DNA of 63,480 nucleotides, counting the filler, from Choristocarpus tenellus KU-1152 (Eukaryota > Protista > Phaeophyceae), in NCBI GenBank assembly GCA_964200185.2. It is 8 parts of 8 records of this genome, joined end to end, with 100 filler letters (N's around TTAATTAATTAA, not from the genome) between each part and the next. Parts side by side here need not be neighbours in the genome. Positions count along the whole stretch, not along the records: positions 1 to 8,327 come from CAXNAD020004854.1; positions 8,428 to 25,929 come from CAXNAD020000666.1; 6 more parts are not named here. One strand, 5' to 3'. Below the pieces are notes generated by a model that worked only from the letters and a program-made list of their open reading frames with translations, was not told where the DNA came from and did not search any database. A program made the translations under genes and the position numbers. Positions 1 to 12,287 of the stretch are shown here, piece by piece; position 1 is the first letter of the stretch, and every line of letters begins with the position of its first letter.

Positions 1-114
1 GGGTGGGATGTGGGGTGGGATGTGGGGTGGGATGTGGGGTGGGATGTGGGGTGGGATGTGGGGTGGGATGTGGGGTGGGATGTGGTGTGGGATGTGGTGT
101 GGGATGTGGTGTGG
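1..114. repeat. 12-bp tandem repeat (GGGGTGGGATGT / GGTGTGGGATGT), truncated by window start
   Basis: About 9 units directly visible; the minus strand reads (PTPH)n. Confidence 0.95.
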
Positions 115-217
115 GAGGAACAGTTGAGACCGGAGACGATGTTGCTGGAGAAGGCTCATGTTCTCCAGCATCAAATGTCACGATTCTTGTTGAGTTGTCA
201 AATCCAGTCGTTCTCAC
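1..217 (-). CDS. Putative exon: VRTTGFDNSTRIVTFDAGEHEPSPATSSPVSTVPP(TPHP)n, Pro/Thr-rich stalk
   Basis: Minus-strand AG acceptor at 219-218; frame stays open to the window edge; phase 0 is compatible with exon 4251-4099. Confidence 0.4.
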   Translation of the reverse strand, partial: MRTTGFDNSTRIVTFDAGEHEPSPATSSPVSTVPPTPHPTPHPTPHPTPHPTPHPTPHPTPHPTPHPTPHPT

Positions 218-3200
218 CTGTTTCAAGTGTTTTGAGGCAGAAAATAGATTTGTAGAGCAGCATTTCATACATGAAGAGGATAGAAGATGCTATCACAGGG
301 GAACATCGCAGGAGTGCATCCCTCAGGAGTGCTGTTAGAGGATAGGCGCCAAGGTGAATGCACTCGTAGGTCAACAACCAGGTTTTGGTTTGACCTGTGA
401 GAGGCTGCACTTTTTTGGAGGCTTGGAAAATACAGAGATTTCAATTGTAGCATAGAAGAATAGTAGGCGTCTACGGGGATGATGAAGACTACACAGTCAA
501 TATGAAATTATTGTTTACATTCTGTGATGGATGGACAAACAATATCAAGTACATAAATCAAACAGTCTGCAATTTGAATAGTCCATACTGCAAGCTCAAT
601 GTATGTTTGGGGCTGAGACACAAGTATCGTTTTTTTGTGGTACAAAGTGGAAATTTATTTAGCCTTTCTGGTCCTTGCAACTCTAACGTTCCTGAAGAGT
701 AACAAATCCCCAAGTTCTGAAAATAAAGGTATCCGATTCGAATCCTGAGGGGGACCAAGTACTTTGGGTGGTGGCAAGATGGACGAGATGTTGGACATAG
801 TGTGCCAAACGAACTCTACTCATTCAATGTGACGTGCAGGATAAGGTACTCAGTGTAAGCATAACACACCGTTCAACCCAGGCATTTGTTACTCGAGCTT
901 GGAACTTGAAGCATCTCAGAATCCTTTGACTCACATAGAGGTGGTTACCAGCTGGAGGAATGTAGAGCCCATTCACCTTGATATTAATAGTGGAAGTTGA
1001 GCAGCCACCAGTCTCACACCTAACATCAGTCTCGTCCTGATAAGTCCTGATACAATCAAGAACGATATCCAATAGAAGTGAAGGTGGGCCTTAGGTCATT
1101 GGAACACCGACAAGGGTCAACTGTTAGTGTACCTCCACAGGTAGGTGAAATAGCTTAGATTTGGAGAGAACCAAAGAGGCAACAAAATCAGACTTAGGAT
1201 TGTCCATTGTATTGGAAAAATGCCACGGTTAAGTGTTGACGCAAGTATTGAGGTCAAGCCTGGTTGGACCAGAATTATCCTACAGCAGCACAAAGTAGAC
1301 CCTGAATTTATTTTAAAACCACCCTTTGAAGATTCAAGGATTTGCTCTGCCCTTCTTACAGCTAAATGTAAGTTCTCAGCTTGTGATGTAGATCAAGCTT
1401 TTTTTCTTTGTGCCCAATCATATTCCTCCGAAGGTGGGTACTCTTTTCTTGCTGAGTTCACATGTCACTCACTATTCCCTCTCTCGCTCTCTTCCACCAT
1501 TTTTTTTTCCAGCACATATCTGAGTGCACTAATCTGCACACTTTGACTTGGAACAAGCATATAGTTCAGGAGGCATGGTTTATTGTACATTTTTTTGAAG
1601 TGGTGTGCCAAAGTTCGGAATGACCATTTGGTGATCCTCCTTCTAAAGTGGACTACAATATTAAAGTGGATGAATTCGAAACTGCGGTCCAAACTCTCCA
1701 TTGCAGAATAAACTAAACGTTATCAGAACAGCGGCACTTGTACAACCAATATAGTTTCTAGACTTGAAAATGATGTTACAGCAGAGAAACTAAAGTTAAC
1801 GAGAGGAAACCCAGGTTTTGACCGTTTAGCATTTTAAGTCTGTTTTTTTATCTCTTGCTATTCACCCATATTTCTATGGAGTGCGTTCTAAGTTTGGCTT
1901 GAAAGCGCTTGTTTCTCTCTTGTTTGAAACGTTTCTGACACAATTGTGAAAACATCCTATACACATTTGTAAAAAAAGAAGAATTTATCACATATTCATC
2001 AGCATCCTTAGAATGCAATTCTGGGTACTCCCCGTTATTTTGACTCCGAACCCCAATATATTTGAGTTAAAGTAAAGGAGAGGTACCCCATTATGGATGC
2101 TGACAAATGTGCAAAATTCTTGACTTTTTATACAAATGTATATAGGGACTTCTTGTGAATTCTGTTGAAAGCTGTCATACAATAGAGAAATCTACCCTCT
2201 CAAATCAGTCTTAGCACCTCAAGTATAGAAATAATGGTGAACTGCGAAAGATTGAAAAAGTGACTTATAATTCAAATCGGTCAGAACCTAGGTGCCTCTT
2301 GTTTTTGCTGGCTCTTTCCGATATTTTATCCCCAACACCTCCTCACACGTCCTCCTACTTGCCCCCTTGCAGAGAGCCTTTTCCTGTGTAGAATCATGTT
2401 TTTCTATGCCCTGACCCATTCATAGTCATGTACTCCTCTGAGAGTACGATGCAATGACATGGGCAAGTGTAGCTTCTTGTGAGTTGCAGTCAATCCAGCT
2501 CATTGCTTCTCAACGAAAGCAAAATATCTCCATAAATTCTTCAAACATACAAAAAATTAGCACATGTTGAGTTGAGTGAGTGCAACCTATGACGTTTTTC
2601 CCTTCCTAAGTCTCACTGGGCTACGTATCCTTAAATACGTTTTTTTCACAGCGAACAAAGCTGTGTGTTTTCTTGATACTCAGTCACAAATATTCAAGGG
2701 AAATCATTGACCAAGAAAAGATTAACTCGGTGCATCTGTGAAATTTTGTTCAATGGAACTGGTGACATCTGAACAATCCGACATAGACTTGGGATGGTGA
2801 CACAAAAAAGTTATACAGAAATCTGCAACCAATGGCATGATTTTCTTGTGGGGGGAGAACGGACGGCATATGTGGATGTCAAGGGTGACAAGTGTGCTTG
2901 GAAGGGGGTGGTAACACACGGTGAAGTTTTCGTCATAGCGCTTTAGTGACAAAGTCAACTACCACCATTTGGCCTAGTCATGGATGCATGCAGGGGAGTA
3001 TATCCGCGTAATCATAAGACACCATTGGAGGTTGAGGACATTACTCACAAGAACCCAGTTGAGGTATCCCTGGAAAAAGCGGTCACAACCGTATTGGTAT
3101 CAGATGATGCGTAGAGAGTCTGCCAGAGGGTTTGGAAGCAACAGAGACCAAGAGTGAGACTGCAAATGCTGTTGAAATTTCTGGTGGTTGGTTGGTTGGT

Positions 3201-3470
3201 TGGTAAACTTATATTTCCATGCTTTAGTACAGTTTAATATATTTCTGCCCTCAAACAAAGGGTTTGGAAGGGACCTCCAAGGCCAGCCCCAAGGCCTTAC
3301 ATTTAAATACACCTTGAGGCATATTATCTCAAGTGAAGGATTTGGAAGGGGCATCCAGGAGTCTGAGAACTTGCAGGCTGCTTAGAAGGACACATTGATC
3401 GCCGCTCGATATCTTAGCACCCTTGTCCTCTTCAAAAAGAAAATACCCCCATTTGATCTCTACCAAGTGT

Positions 3471-3995
3471 GATGAAAGTATCTTAGAAGGTACAGGATTT
3501 GCCCTGTTTGTCCATTTGGGGCTTGAGCCAAAGTATCTTAGAGGGTAGAGCTGCGTTCATTTGGGGCCCATAACCTAATTTTGCCATTTTGATGTAATTT
3601 TGACTATCGTGTTGGTTAGGAAGTGTCAACATCCTTGTTCCGAACACACCTTTCATAACATACACATTTTACCTGCTCCGAAATATTTGGGAGTAGGAAA
3701 ATGTCACAAAAAACACCATGGGAAGTCAAGCCTCCAATGGACGAAAAGGGAAAGACTCGTACCCTAACCCTAAGATACTTTCACTCGCTTGGCTTCCCAT
3801 GGCTTTTTTTTACGACATTTTCCTACTCTAAAATGTTTCAGAGTAGTTAAAATATATACTTTATGAAAAATGTGTGTCCAGAACATGGATATTGACACTT
3901 CCTAACAAACAGATGGCCAAAATTACATCAAAATCGCAAAATTGGATTTTGGCCTCCAAATGGACGCAGCTCTACCCTCTAAGGTAATTTGGCTC
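3471..3995 (-). mobile_element. MITE family 2, outer copy (inverted), interrupted by a nested copy
   Basis: Reverse complement of the element at 58971-59231; TIR-like ends gatgaaagtatcttagaaggta ... taccctctaaggtaatttggctc. Confidence 0.85.
3525..3786 (+). mobile_element. MITE family 2, nested copy with 4-bp TSD GCTT
   Basis: GAGCCAAAGTATCTTAGAGGGTA ... CCCTAAGATACTTTCACTC; GCTT at 3521-3524 and 3787-3790. Confidence 0.9.
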
Positions 3996-4098
3996 AAACC
4001 TTTTAACCTCATCTTTGAACACACCAGAATCATTTCACACCTAGTCCACTCCTCTCTCCCTTCCTATCTTTGTATTCTCATGTATACGACCATCCCAC

Positions 4099-4251
4099 CT
4101 TGCTGTCCATTGCAATTGAGATAAAAGTAACGTTTGCTATGCCTTCAGTATTCTTCATCCCGTTTTTCCAGGTAGCTACCCATTTTGCTTCACCATCGTC
4201 ATCGAGTTGATATTGGTAGATCGCGTTGTCCACAGATGAAGCCACATACAC
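4099..4251 (-). CDS. Internal exon encoding one beta-propeller blade (lactonase/YVTN-like)
   Basis: tttgcag|GTG acceptor and AAG|gtggga donor, 153 nt, phase 0-0. VYVASSVDNAIYQYQLDDDGEAKWVATWKNGMKNTEGIANVTFISIAMDSK resembles the vYvas..dnai..f / gl.g...v.vspDgk blade pattern. Confidence 0.6.
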
Positions 4252-7200
4252 CTGCAAATGACGAGGAATAAAAAAAATGATGTGGTATAACTGACTACTA
4301 CTGTGAAATAGATTGAGGATTGTCTCCACTATTTGTTTTGATTTCTCTTGATTGATAATTTTTGTAGAGGAAAGAGAATAGTTCAAATAAATGTGAGATG
4401 TAACAGTGATATCAGGCAAAGGAGCCTTGGGGTAGGGGGTGGGGGTGGGGGGTCATGAATGCGTCTACATATTGATGTGATCAGAGCAGTTTTTTCAGCA
4501 ACCCTTCTCTATGATCCGACTATTGCCAGTCTGACTCAGTGCTGTGACTCCAAGTCCTGAACCCCATTCCTAGTAACCAAACTACCAAGTACATAGTGTC
4601 ATGCTATGTACACAAGGGGGCGATTCGGGCAAGGCACTATCCTTCAGTGTTAGCAATAAGACAGCATTTGTAAAATACAGGAAAGAGGGTGTACAATTAA
4701 ATACTGTGATTACAGGGCCTCCTCATTCCGGCATAGACTCACCGATGTGTCGTCAGGAGCAACAGCGATGTCAACTTTATCGACATTTATAACTGGGGAT
4801 GATTCCTCATCAATCATCGATATACTTCTCAATCCATTGGTTTCCACAACAACCAGTACGCCGCTGTCAGTTACTGCATACTATTGGGATCACAGTTGCA
4901 CAACGAAAGGTGGTATGAGGGAAATACCTTGCGTTAGCCAACACTACTGATTTGTCGAAAATATTGTTGTCCACAGTGGTGGACGTTTGTTTGTTCAATC
5001 TTGACTGCACCAATTTCCTTACAATGATACCAACTACATAGTTGATTGCCTTGACAGGTATGACACATCCTGCTGGAAGTGTTCATGACTTTGGAGAGCA
5101 CAGAACCTGAGGGGCTGTGTGTTTGTGGATGTGTGCCAAATGACGAGCTGTGACTGTGAATGATATATATTTAATATGTTTTGTGAGGTTGAATGTTGAT
5201 CCTCATCTAAGAATGAAGACTCAGAATACATGTGCAGCATTTCACCCCTGCGATCAACCGACCGACGATATAGAAATGGTATCTTTGTATCCACAGTCGT
5301 CTGATAGAATCAACGGAGTATTAACCACGCAGTGAGGGGGTGGAGAAGAAACAGCACAAGCTGACGTGCTTGAGCATAACATGTCTCATTGTGCTGCATG
5401 TGCCCCAGAGATAGACCTGTGATCATTACAGAATGCCAAGTCCTAGTGTGGCTTATTAATACCATACAGCGGTCCTAACCCTAATCCATTGCGATGGGTG
5501 AGTCCTTTGCTTCAGTAAACCTTTTTTCATGTCCTGACCCCTCTCCTATAGACTAGGGACCGACCTCTCCCCTAACAATACCTCCATCTCTGACCCTTCG
5601 ATTCACCTGGTAGGTTCCATCTGATGTTCCAGCCATTGCGACAATTTTTCCATCCCATTTACTGCAAACACTCGAAGTATACCAAATCTTGAAATAAGCT
5701 AATCCCACCCTGCATAGTGTTATACATGTGCCGCTGCTCCCTGCCAAAACCTTGTTGAATGCAGATGAGAGAGAAAGGTGTGTGCCTTGCTTTGTGGGAT
5801 GTACCGAGTCTTGTTTAGGTGTTTGAGACCACTGGTTCCAACCTCGAAGAAATGACAACCTCAGAGACCACCGAGTAATCAACACACAGTGCAGTTCCAT
5901 GCTGAGGTATGAGTCTTCTCCTAGTTTTCTACACTCTACATTTCAACAGTCAGGGTTTCCAGCCCTTGTATTTCCGCTTGACAACATGCCATACCGCATT
6001 GCATGAGGAAACCCTCTAAGTTTGGAAAATCCATTCCTTAACCACAAGTAGTCCATTATGAAGGAGACATTGGTAGTGTTCTTCAGGAAAAGCTCTAAAC
6101 ACATCACATGTTCTCAAGAAAATACAACAAATCAGTCTGTGCAATCTCGGAAGATACCTCCATCAGCTGTGTCTCACCATGCCCAATCCAGTTGAGATGA
6201 CCCCAAGGCCGATAATTCCCGAATATACCCCATCGGTATAAGTTTCGCCTTCAACCTTGCTGAAAGACCAAGTGCAGATAGGGAGAGCACAGCAAAGATT
6301 GACTCGGCGTGTTTGATTTCTCACTATCTAAATAATTTTCGACAGGATTCAGACAATCCTGTTCAGAAATTTCAACAAGTCGAGTCTTGCACATAATTCT
6401 CAACATTCTTAAAGTTCAACCCTGGGTACGTCCCATTTAGAGACTGGTAGATCTTCATCGCCCTGGTATTGACCTGCCTCTTGCTTGTGAGTGGGATGCA
6501 GCGTGTTGTGTTTGACAAATAAAATATGCAACTTGCCAAATACATGACCTCATATGATCATAGCCTCTTGTGTAAAGACAACCTTGTGGTCAAAGTAGAG
6601 GTTGGGTAAAAGGGTCTGCAAAAAAAACTAATGATAAAATCGATCGCTTTGAATTGTATTTTGCAAAACAGAAAAGGAACCTGTGTTTTTTGTATGGGAT
6701 CAGTCAGTTTTTTGCACCTATCAAATCGACTTGATTTTAAACAAAACAGAGGTGCTCAGCACACGCATCACTTCAACATACATACTACACCAACAGTCAG
6801 CTCAGATATTGTCGGTGAGGAACTGAGGCATAAAGCCTTACTTCCTGGCTTTTGCACTATACCTCAGGACAGTGGAATCCCCTGATGAGTCCCTCACTAT
6901 CAAGTGTAGCTCCTGGTGGAATTTAAACAAGAGAAGGAAGTTTAATAAAGGTGGATTTGCATCAACCCATTGATTAAGGCTATGAACAAGATGAATTTAA
7001 CGGAATTTTGAGTTAAGTGGCAGAACCGGTATTTGCAACCAAGAGATGTGGACTGGATCAGTAGGAAACCCTGTGCAACATGATGAACAAGCCTGCATCA
7101 TGTGCTCCTGTCAGAACGGCTGTCACAGTAACATCTCATCCACAGAAAGTGCACCTGAAGAATCGAAAAACCTGTTCACCTAGAGACCTTGTGTTGTTTC

Positions 7201-8169
7201 TCATTGAAAAAGACCAATCACAGAACAGCAAAAGACACATCTATACATGCCAAGCCCTGGAGGATGCCAACAGATAACGCCTCTGTGTTGTAGAAAGGGA
7301 CAAGCTGGTCACAATTGAAATAACCGGTTATTAGTTTTCAAAATGCCTCCATTCCAAAATCCAAAATAAAAAATGTCCCAATCTGATTTTGAGGGTGAGC
7401 TTATTTAGGAGGACAAACAACAGACGATGCATCTCTACCTAGAAGAACATGTGCTTCCAAGGTCAAGAAAGATACTTGAAAACAAAAAGGTAGGACTGTC
7501 TATGTGGTAATTATAAACCTTTTTTTTTTAGTGAAAAACACAGGATAAACTGTGCATAATCCGTGAACTCCTATGATCAGAAAACTTAGTGGCTGAAACA
7601 AGCATTTGGCCCCAAAGTAAAACTGTTTTCACGTACTTCGTATACACCAAATATCCATCTTGATATTATGACTGCCATTCCTGCCTACAGTCTACCAACA
7701 CTTCACATTTTAGATTAGATACGTTACTCTAGATTGTCTCTTTCCTCTGGACGCTGATGGTATTGCACAGGTTCAGGGTCCAGGCAGGACTTTGTGATCT
7801 CTCTGTTGCTACAAGAGGGCTCTGTTTGCAGTGCAAGAGGTAGGACTATCAGTCTACAGTTGGACGAAAGAGAGAGCAGCAATCCTATGTCCCAATTTGA
7901 GGTCTAAGAAAGCAACATGGAATACAATTTGCTGGCTGAGACCAAACACATGTCATGAACACATAAACATGCACCAAATGTATGTGTGTGTTTGCACCCC
8001 CCCAACTTCTCAACCCAATTTCAAACAAAAAAGTGATGCCTTCAAAATCATTTCATCATTTCAACACAATAGTGAAGTTTGAAAAAGGTATAGTATGCAT
8101 ATATATTTGCAGGTGTTGAGTAGATAGCTAGTGCACAATAGTTATCAAGGCTGCTATAACCGATATAAA

Positions 8170-8327
8170 GATCCAAGGTATCTGGAAGGAGGGGAGGGGT
8201 TATACCAGGGTGTCCATTTGGGGAAAAATCAGGAAACGTACATTTACAATATCCATCTGACATATGCAACCAAATCACCCAAAATCGCGACATGAAAAAA
8301 TTGACCCCAAATGGACAGCCGCCACCC
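8170..8327 (+). mobile_element. MITE family 1 copy, cut by gap (a 3' TIR remnant lies at about 8490-8515)
   Basis: Homologous to 26706-26885. Confidence 0.85.
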
Positions 8328-8427
8328 NNNNNNNNNNNNNNNNNNNNNNNNNNNNNNNNNNNNNNNNNNNNTTAATTAATTAANNNNNNNNNNNNNNNNN
8401 NNNNNNNNNNNNNNNNNNNNNNNNNNN
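8328..8427. other. Artificial contig spacer (N44-TTAATTAATTAA-N44); also at 25930-26029, 30108-30207, 48607-48706, 52108-52207, 57891-57990, 60621-60720
   Basis: Identical 100-nt structure seven times, with an all-frame stop linker. Confidence 0.98.
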
Positions 8428-9674
8428 GTGAGTGGTCGGCAGCGCGGTCCCCTCCCCCCCCCCAAACGGGCACCCCCCCCCCCCCCCCTCCCCCCCCTCC
8501 CAAATACTTTGAGACCGTATAGGATATTTCTGAATGGTGTTGAAGATTTTCAAACAAAAGAGAAATCAATCCTCTCAAGTCAAACTTAGCCTTCATCCAT
8601 AGAAATGTTGAAACTGCAAAAGACTGAAAAATGTGGAATTATATTCAAAAAGACCAAAAACTTGGTACCTCTTGTTCACTTTGGAAAGTCGTCCCTAGGA
8701 CGTAATATTTCCACACTTGATTCAAGACTTTAGTCTTAATTTTGGCAAGTTTGGTGGATCACGGGGTTTATCCAATGCACTGACAACATCACCAGTACAG
8801 TACCATTGCAGTTCCACACTCACCCTCTGCTGGTGGTATGAGCTGGGTTTGGAGGTTAGACTTTGGTACATGACATCATTTCTTTCTTATCCTGAGAGAT
8901 TTGTCCTCCTCTTGAGGTCTTTGATTGGTGGGGCTCTACTTCCTTCCCATGCAAAGCTGGTTACAGATAGTGTTTGGGTGTAATATTGGGTGGTTTGGCT
9001 CTTTGAGGTCGAGTCCATGTTAGGCAGGTTTTGTTGAATCACCTCTTGGCCTCCATTTTTTCAAGGCGATCAGTGACTGAGATTGATGTGATGAACAACC
9101 CACGATGTGTTCTTGTACATGAAAGTAGGCATTACTATCGATTTTCGATGCAATATCTCAGTAATTATGAGGATTCAAGGTCACACTGATCCTAAGAGAA
9201 CATGACATGGGATGGTAGATGTCACATGAGATGTCTGCAACCTGTCACATCATCTATTATTGCCAGTGTAGAGAGCACCTCGGGGGTGCATGTAAGTTTA
9301 TATATTCATGGCAGCACTACACGTATGATGATGAATTGCTTTGGTTAACGCCTGTCAGTGGGATGTGAAAACCTCGCATTTCTACAACCTGGTGCTGTAA
9401 ATAGGAATCCTGTCAAAAGTAAAAATATCTCTCTTCAAAAAGAATTGCTCCTCGAGAAGTCTAAGGAAATCCTCTTTTCCGTTTAGTGCTCCATGGCGTT
9501 CACCAATGACACTGGGAGCTTTGTCCACAACTGTAGTTTGATAACAACTACCCGCATGTGGTTCCTATGAGCATTATTGTCAATTTCATATTTCTATGCC
9601 TCCATAATATTTACAACCTCTTGCATCTATTACTTCCTCCACAAGCATATACCATACTAATCCCCTCCTTGCAG

Positions 9675-10019
9675 TACGACATGGATGGGAAGTGGATCCC
9701 ACAACCTGGCGACGCCTTCGGTGGGATTGACAAGGTGGTGAGGGTCGATCAAGCACCAGCACCACCAGCATCAGAAACCATGGATCTTGGGACAAGTGGA
9801 ATGTTTTTGCCTGTACAGTCTCACCACAACTCAGGCTCAGGCTCAGACTCCTTTGTCAGCCCTGACACAGACTCTGCCGGGGCGAGTCTCACGGTCGAGG
9901 TGGATGACCAGAGGGTTTTGTCGACTAGGATGGATAAGAGCGGTGTTGAGACAGTGCTTGTGCAGAAGGAATGGGACGGAAAGGGCAAGGGCAAGGGCAA
10001 AGCCAAGTTTACCGTCAAG
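9675..10019 (+). CDS. Orphan gene A, internal exon (115 codons)
   Basis: cccctccttgcag|TAC acceptor, AAG|gtgagc donor, phase 0-0, open frame. Confidence 0.65.
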
Positions 10020-10747
10020 GTGAGCGACTCGGAGATGGAGTATGTTCATTGGTTTGTGTGAAGTGGAGTCCAAGTTGAGTGGGTAGTGTGGACTACAGCC
10101 CTATGGGTTTGAGGTTCCAAATTTTTGGATGAGGATTGATTTGGGTGTGCTGTTGGAGGGAATTGATAAATATCAAGGTCGCCGTTGTAGGGTTAGGGCA
10201 TGGTGCATTTTGTAGCTTGATGGCTTATTCTACATTATTACTTGAGTGAGTAGGGCACTATTTGATATGCTGATATTGACTGCAAAGTAGTTTAACTGAA
10301 GGCGTTGATACGTAGATAAGAGGCACAGTGTATTCAAAACATCTAGTGCTGGGTGTAGTGTGGAAATGTTTCTTATTTGAACCAACAGTCTGTTATTGAT
10401 TGTGAATGATACCGCCTTGCCATGCTCTCCCCTCCCCCCATGTTGCATATCTGAGGACATCAGTGCAGAGCAGCTGAATATTGAGTCTATGTCCACACTA
10501 GTGTGAATGGTAGCTCTTGCCCTGTCCTTAAAGGGATACCCTGTTTATATCAAGATGTCACAATATTATGTGTCAGAGTACTTCTTGTCATGCTTGAAAT
10601 GGTAAACCCCAATGTGGAGCTGTATCCCTCTTGCCCCACAAAACCATGTAAGAATATATTTTGAACTCCGGGCATCACACCTTGGCATTTCCATTAACCC
10701 CATGGCGATCACTTACCTAACACAAAGCACATACGTATTGTACACAG

Positions 10748-10852
10748 AGGGTGCGATCCTGCTCAGGAGGCTCAGGCGCTGGATCCACCTCTGGCACAAG
10801 CTCCACCTCAAGTACCAGCTCTTACCTTGGTGCTGACCCTGATAGGGGCACG
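10748..10852 (+). CDS. Orphan gene A, Ser/Gly/Thr-rich exon (RVRSCSGGSGAGSTSGTSSTSSTSSYLGADPDRGT)
   Basis: acacag|AGG acceptor, ACG|gtaagc donor, 105 nt, phase 0-0. Confidence 0.6.
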
Positions 10853-11579
10853 GTAAGCAGCTGTCAAGGCTTACATAAATCTCCTGATACTTATTGTACA
10901 GGAGCAGTACTTGTTTCAATTTGAAGTCTGTGTACTATTTTTGATCACCTACAACACTGCCTGCAAATTTCCCCTTTTGTAGCTCTTGGCACGGATCACC
11001 TCGCCCCACAAAGCACACCTCAGGTTGAGAGGGTTTTCACTTCACCTAATAATCGCTATTGCTCCTACTGTGTGTGCTGGCTCATCCCAGAATCACAAGC
11101 CATGTTCTCATTGCCTGACCCCCCACTCACCACGATTGTTGCCCTAGTCCTAGAGGACTACTTTTGTAAAGCTAACTCCAAAGCACAACCCCCATAGCTT
11201 TGGTCCTAGAGTCTAATGCACTACCTCGAGTGGTAGATAGGGTGCTCAATTCAGTCTTGATACTCACTCTGAATCTTCCAGTGTATCGAGTACAGTGTGT
11301 TCTTTTCCACACCCTAAGGATCTAGCAATTCACTAGTGGACGATGAGACCTAGATACCCCCTACAATATCCTATTTGCTTCACCGAGAAACCAGCATAGA
11401 TTGAAATATTACACACAAGGTTGAAACTGTGATCTTGAGATCTCAATGGGTGTATCTATCCTTGATGTAGTGTTGTTCCCTAGCAAAAGATGGACCTGCC
11501 TTTGTATTGAGCGAATGACGTATCTCAACAGTTCTCATTCCCCTCCATGTCTCCTTCCTCATTTGCTGTGCCTCTCCAG

Positions 11580-12287
11580 GCGATGGATGTCCTGCTGAGG
11601 GCGGTTATGGCCGAGTCAGCTCACACATCTGAAGTGGCACCAGTGTCGACTGGGAACGACTCCAAACCTGCGTACCCCTCGACTAAGAGGAGGAGGACAC
11701 TCCGTTGCCCACCTCAGGAAGGGCGTGGGTTGGACTATGATATTCAGGGAAGTTCAATGAAGCGCCAAAGGGTGGATCCAGTCCAGAGCCGCCCAGAGCA
11801 TTCACCTATGGGAGGAAATATCCGACGCTCGCGCCGTCTTCGAAAGAAGAGTGTTGAATTTTCTCGGAATGAATCAATTGGTCGTTTCCACAAGAAGACT
11901 AGGGGCAAATCTGCTGGGGTGAGGGATGTGGCTGGGGCTGGGGCTGGGGATGGGGATGGATCTATGGCTATGGCTGGAGCTGGGTCTGGGGCTCAGGCTG
12001 GTGCAGGGGGTGGAGGTTGGGCTGGGGGTGGGGGTGGGGGTGGGGCTGTGGCTATGGCTGGGGGTGGAGGTGGGCCAGAGGCAGAAGAAGGCGTTCCTGA
12101 CTTGAACCATGTGGCAGTGGCGATGATGGACTTAGCAGGTGATGGAGCACAAGTGGAGTTGAGCCCTGCAGTCTTGGCCCAGCCCAATGCAGCTGAGTGG
12201 AGGATTTTGATGCTACAAAAGGCGGTGGCATCTTTGGAGTCAACCTGTGGAGCCATGGAAGATGACGGCGAAATGGGTGACCTCTAG
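11580..12287 (+). CDS. Orphan gene A, terminal exon; basic clusters and a Gly/Ala-rich tract, unknown function
   Basis: cctctccag|GCG acceptor in frame with the 246-aa ORF; stop at 12285-12287; KRRR and RRSRRLRKK clusters. Confidence 0.65.
   Translation, partial: AMDVLLRAVMAESAHTSEVAPVSTGNDSKPAYPSTKRRRTLRCPPQEGRGLDYDIQGSSMKRQRVDPVQSRPEHSPMGGNIRRSRRLRKKSVEFSRNESIGRFHKKTRGKSAGVRDVAGAGAGDGDGSMAMAGAGSGAQAGAGGGGWAGGGGGGGAVAMAGGGGGPEAEEGVPDLNHVAVAMMDLAGDGAQVELSPAVLAQPNAAEWRILMLQKAVASLESTCGAMEDDGEMGDL

Noticed and set aside
3-338. Plus-strand ORFs with GCGV / WDVG repeats
   Set aside because: These are translations of the 12-bp minisatellite without ATG starts; the minus-strand PTPH frame is more protein-like.
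4700-7300. Possible decayed Cys-rich (KDZ/CxC-type) transposase on the minus strand
   Set aside because: Only vague fragments among many stops in the parts I translated; no catalytic motif could be supported.
8372-8383. Recurrent TTAATTAATTAA palindrome
   Set aside because: Always centred in N runs of identical length; it is an assembly linker.
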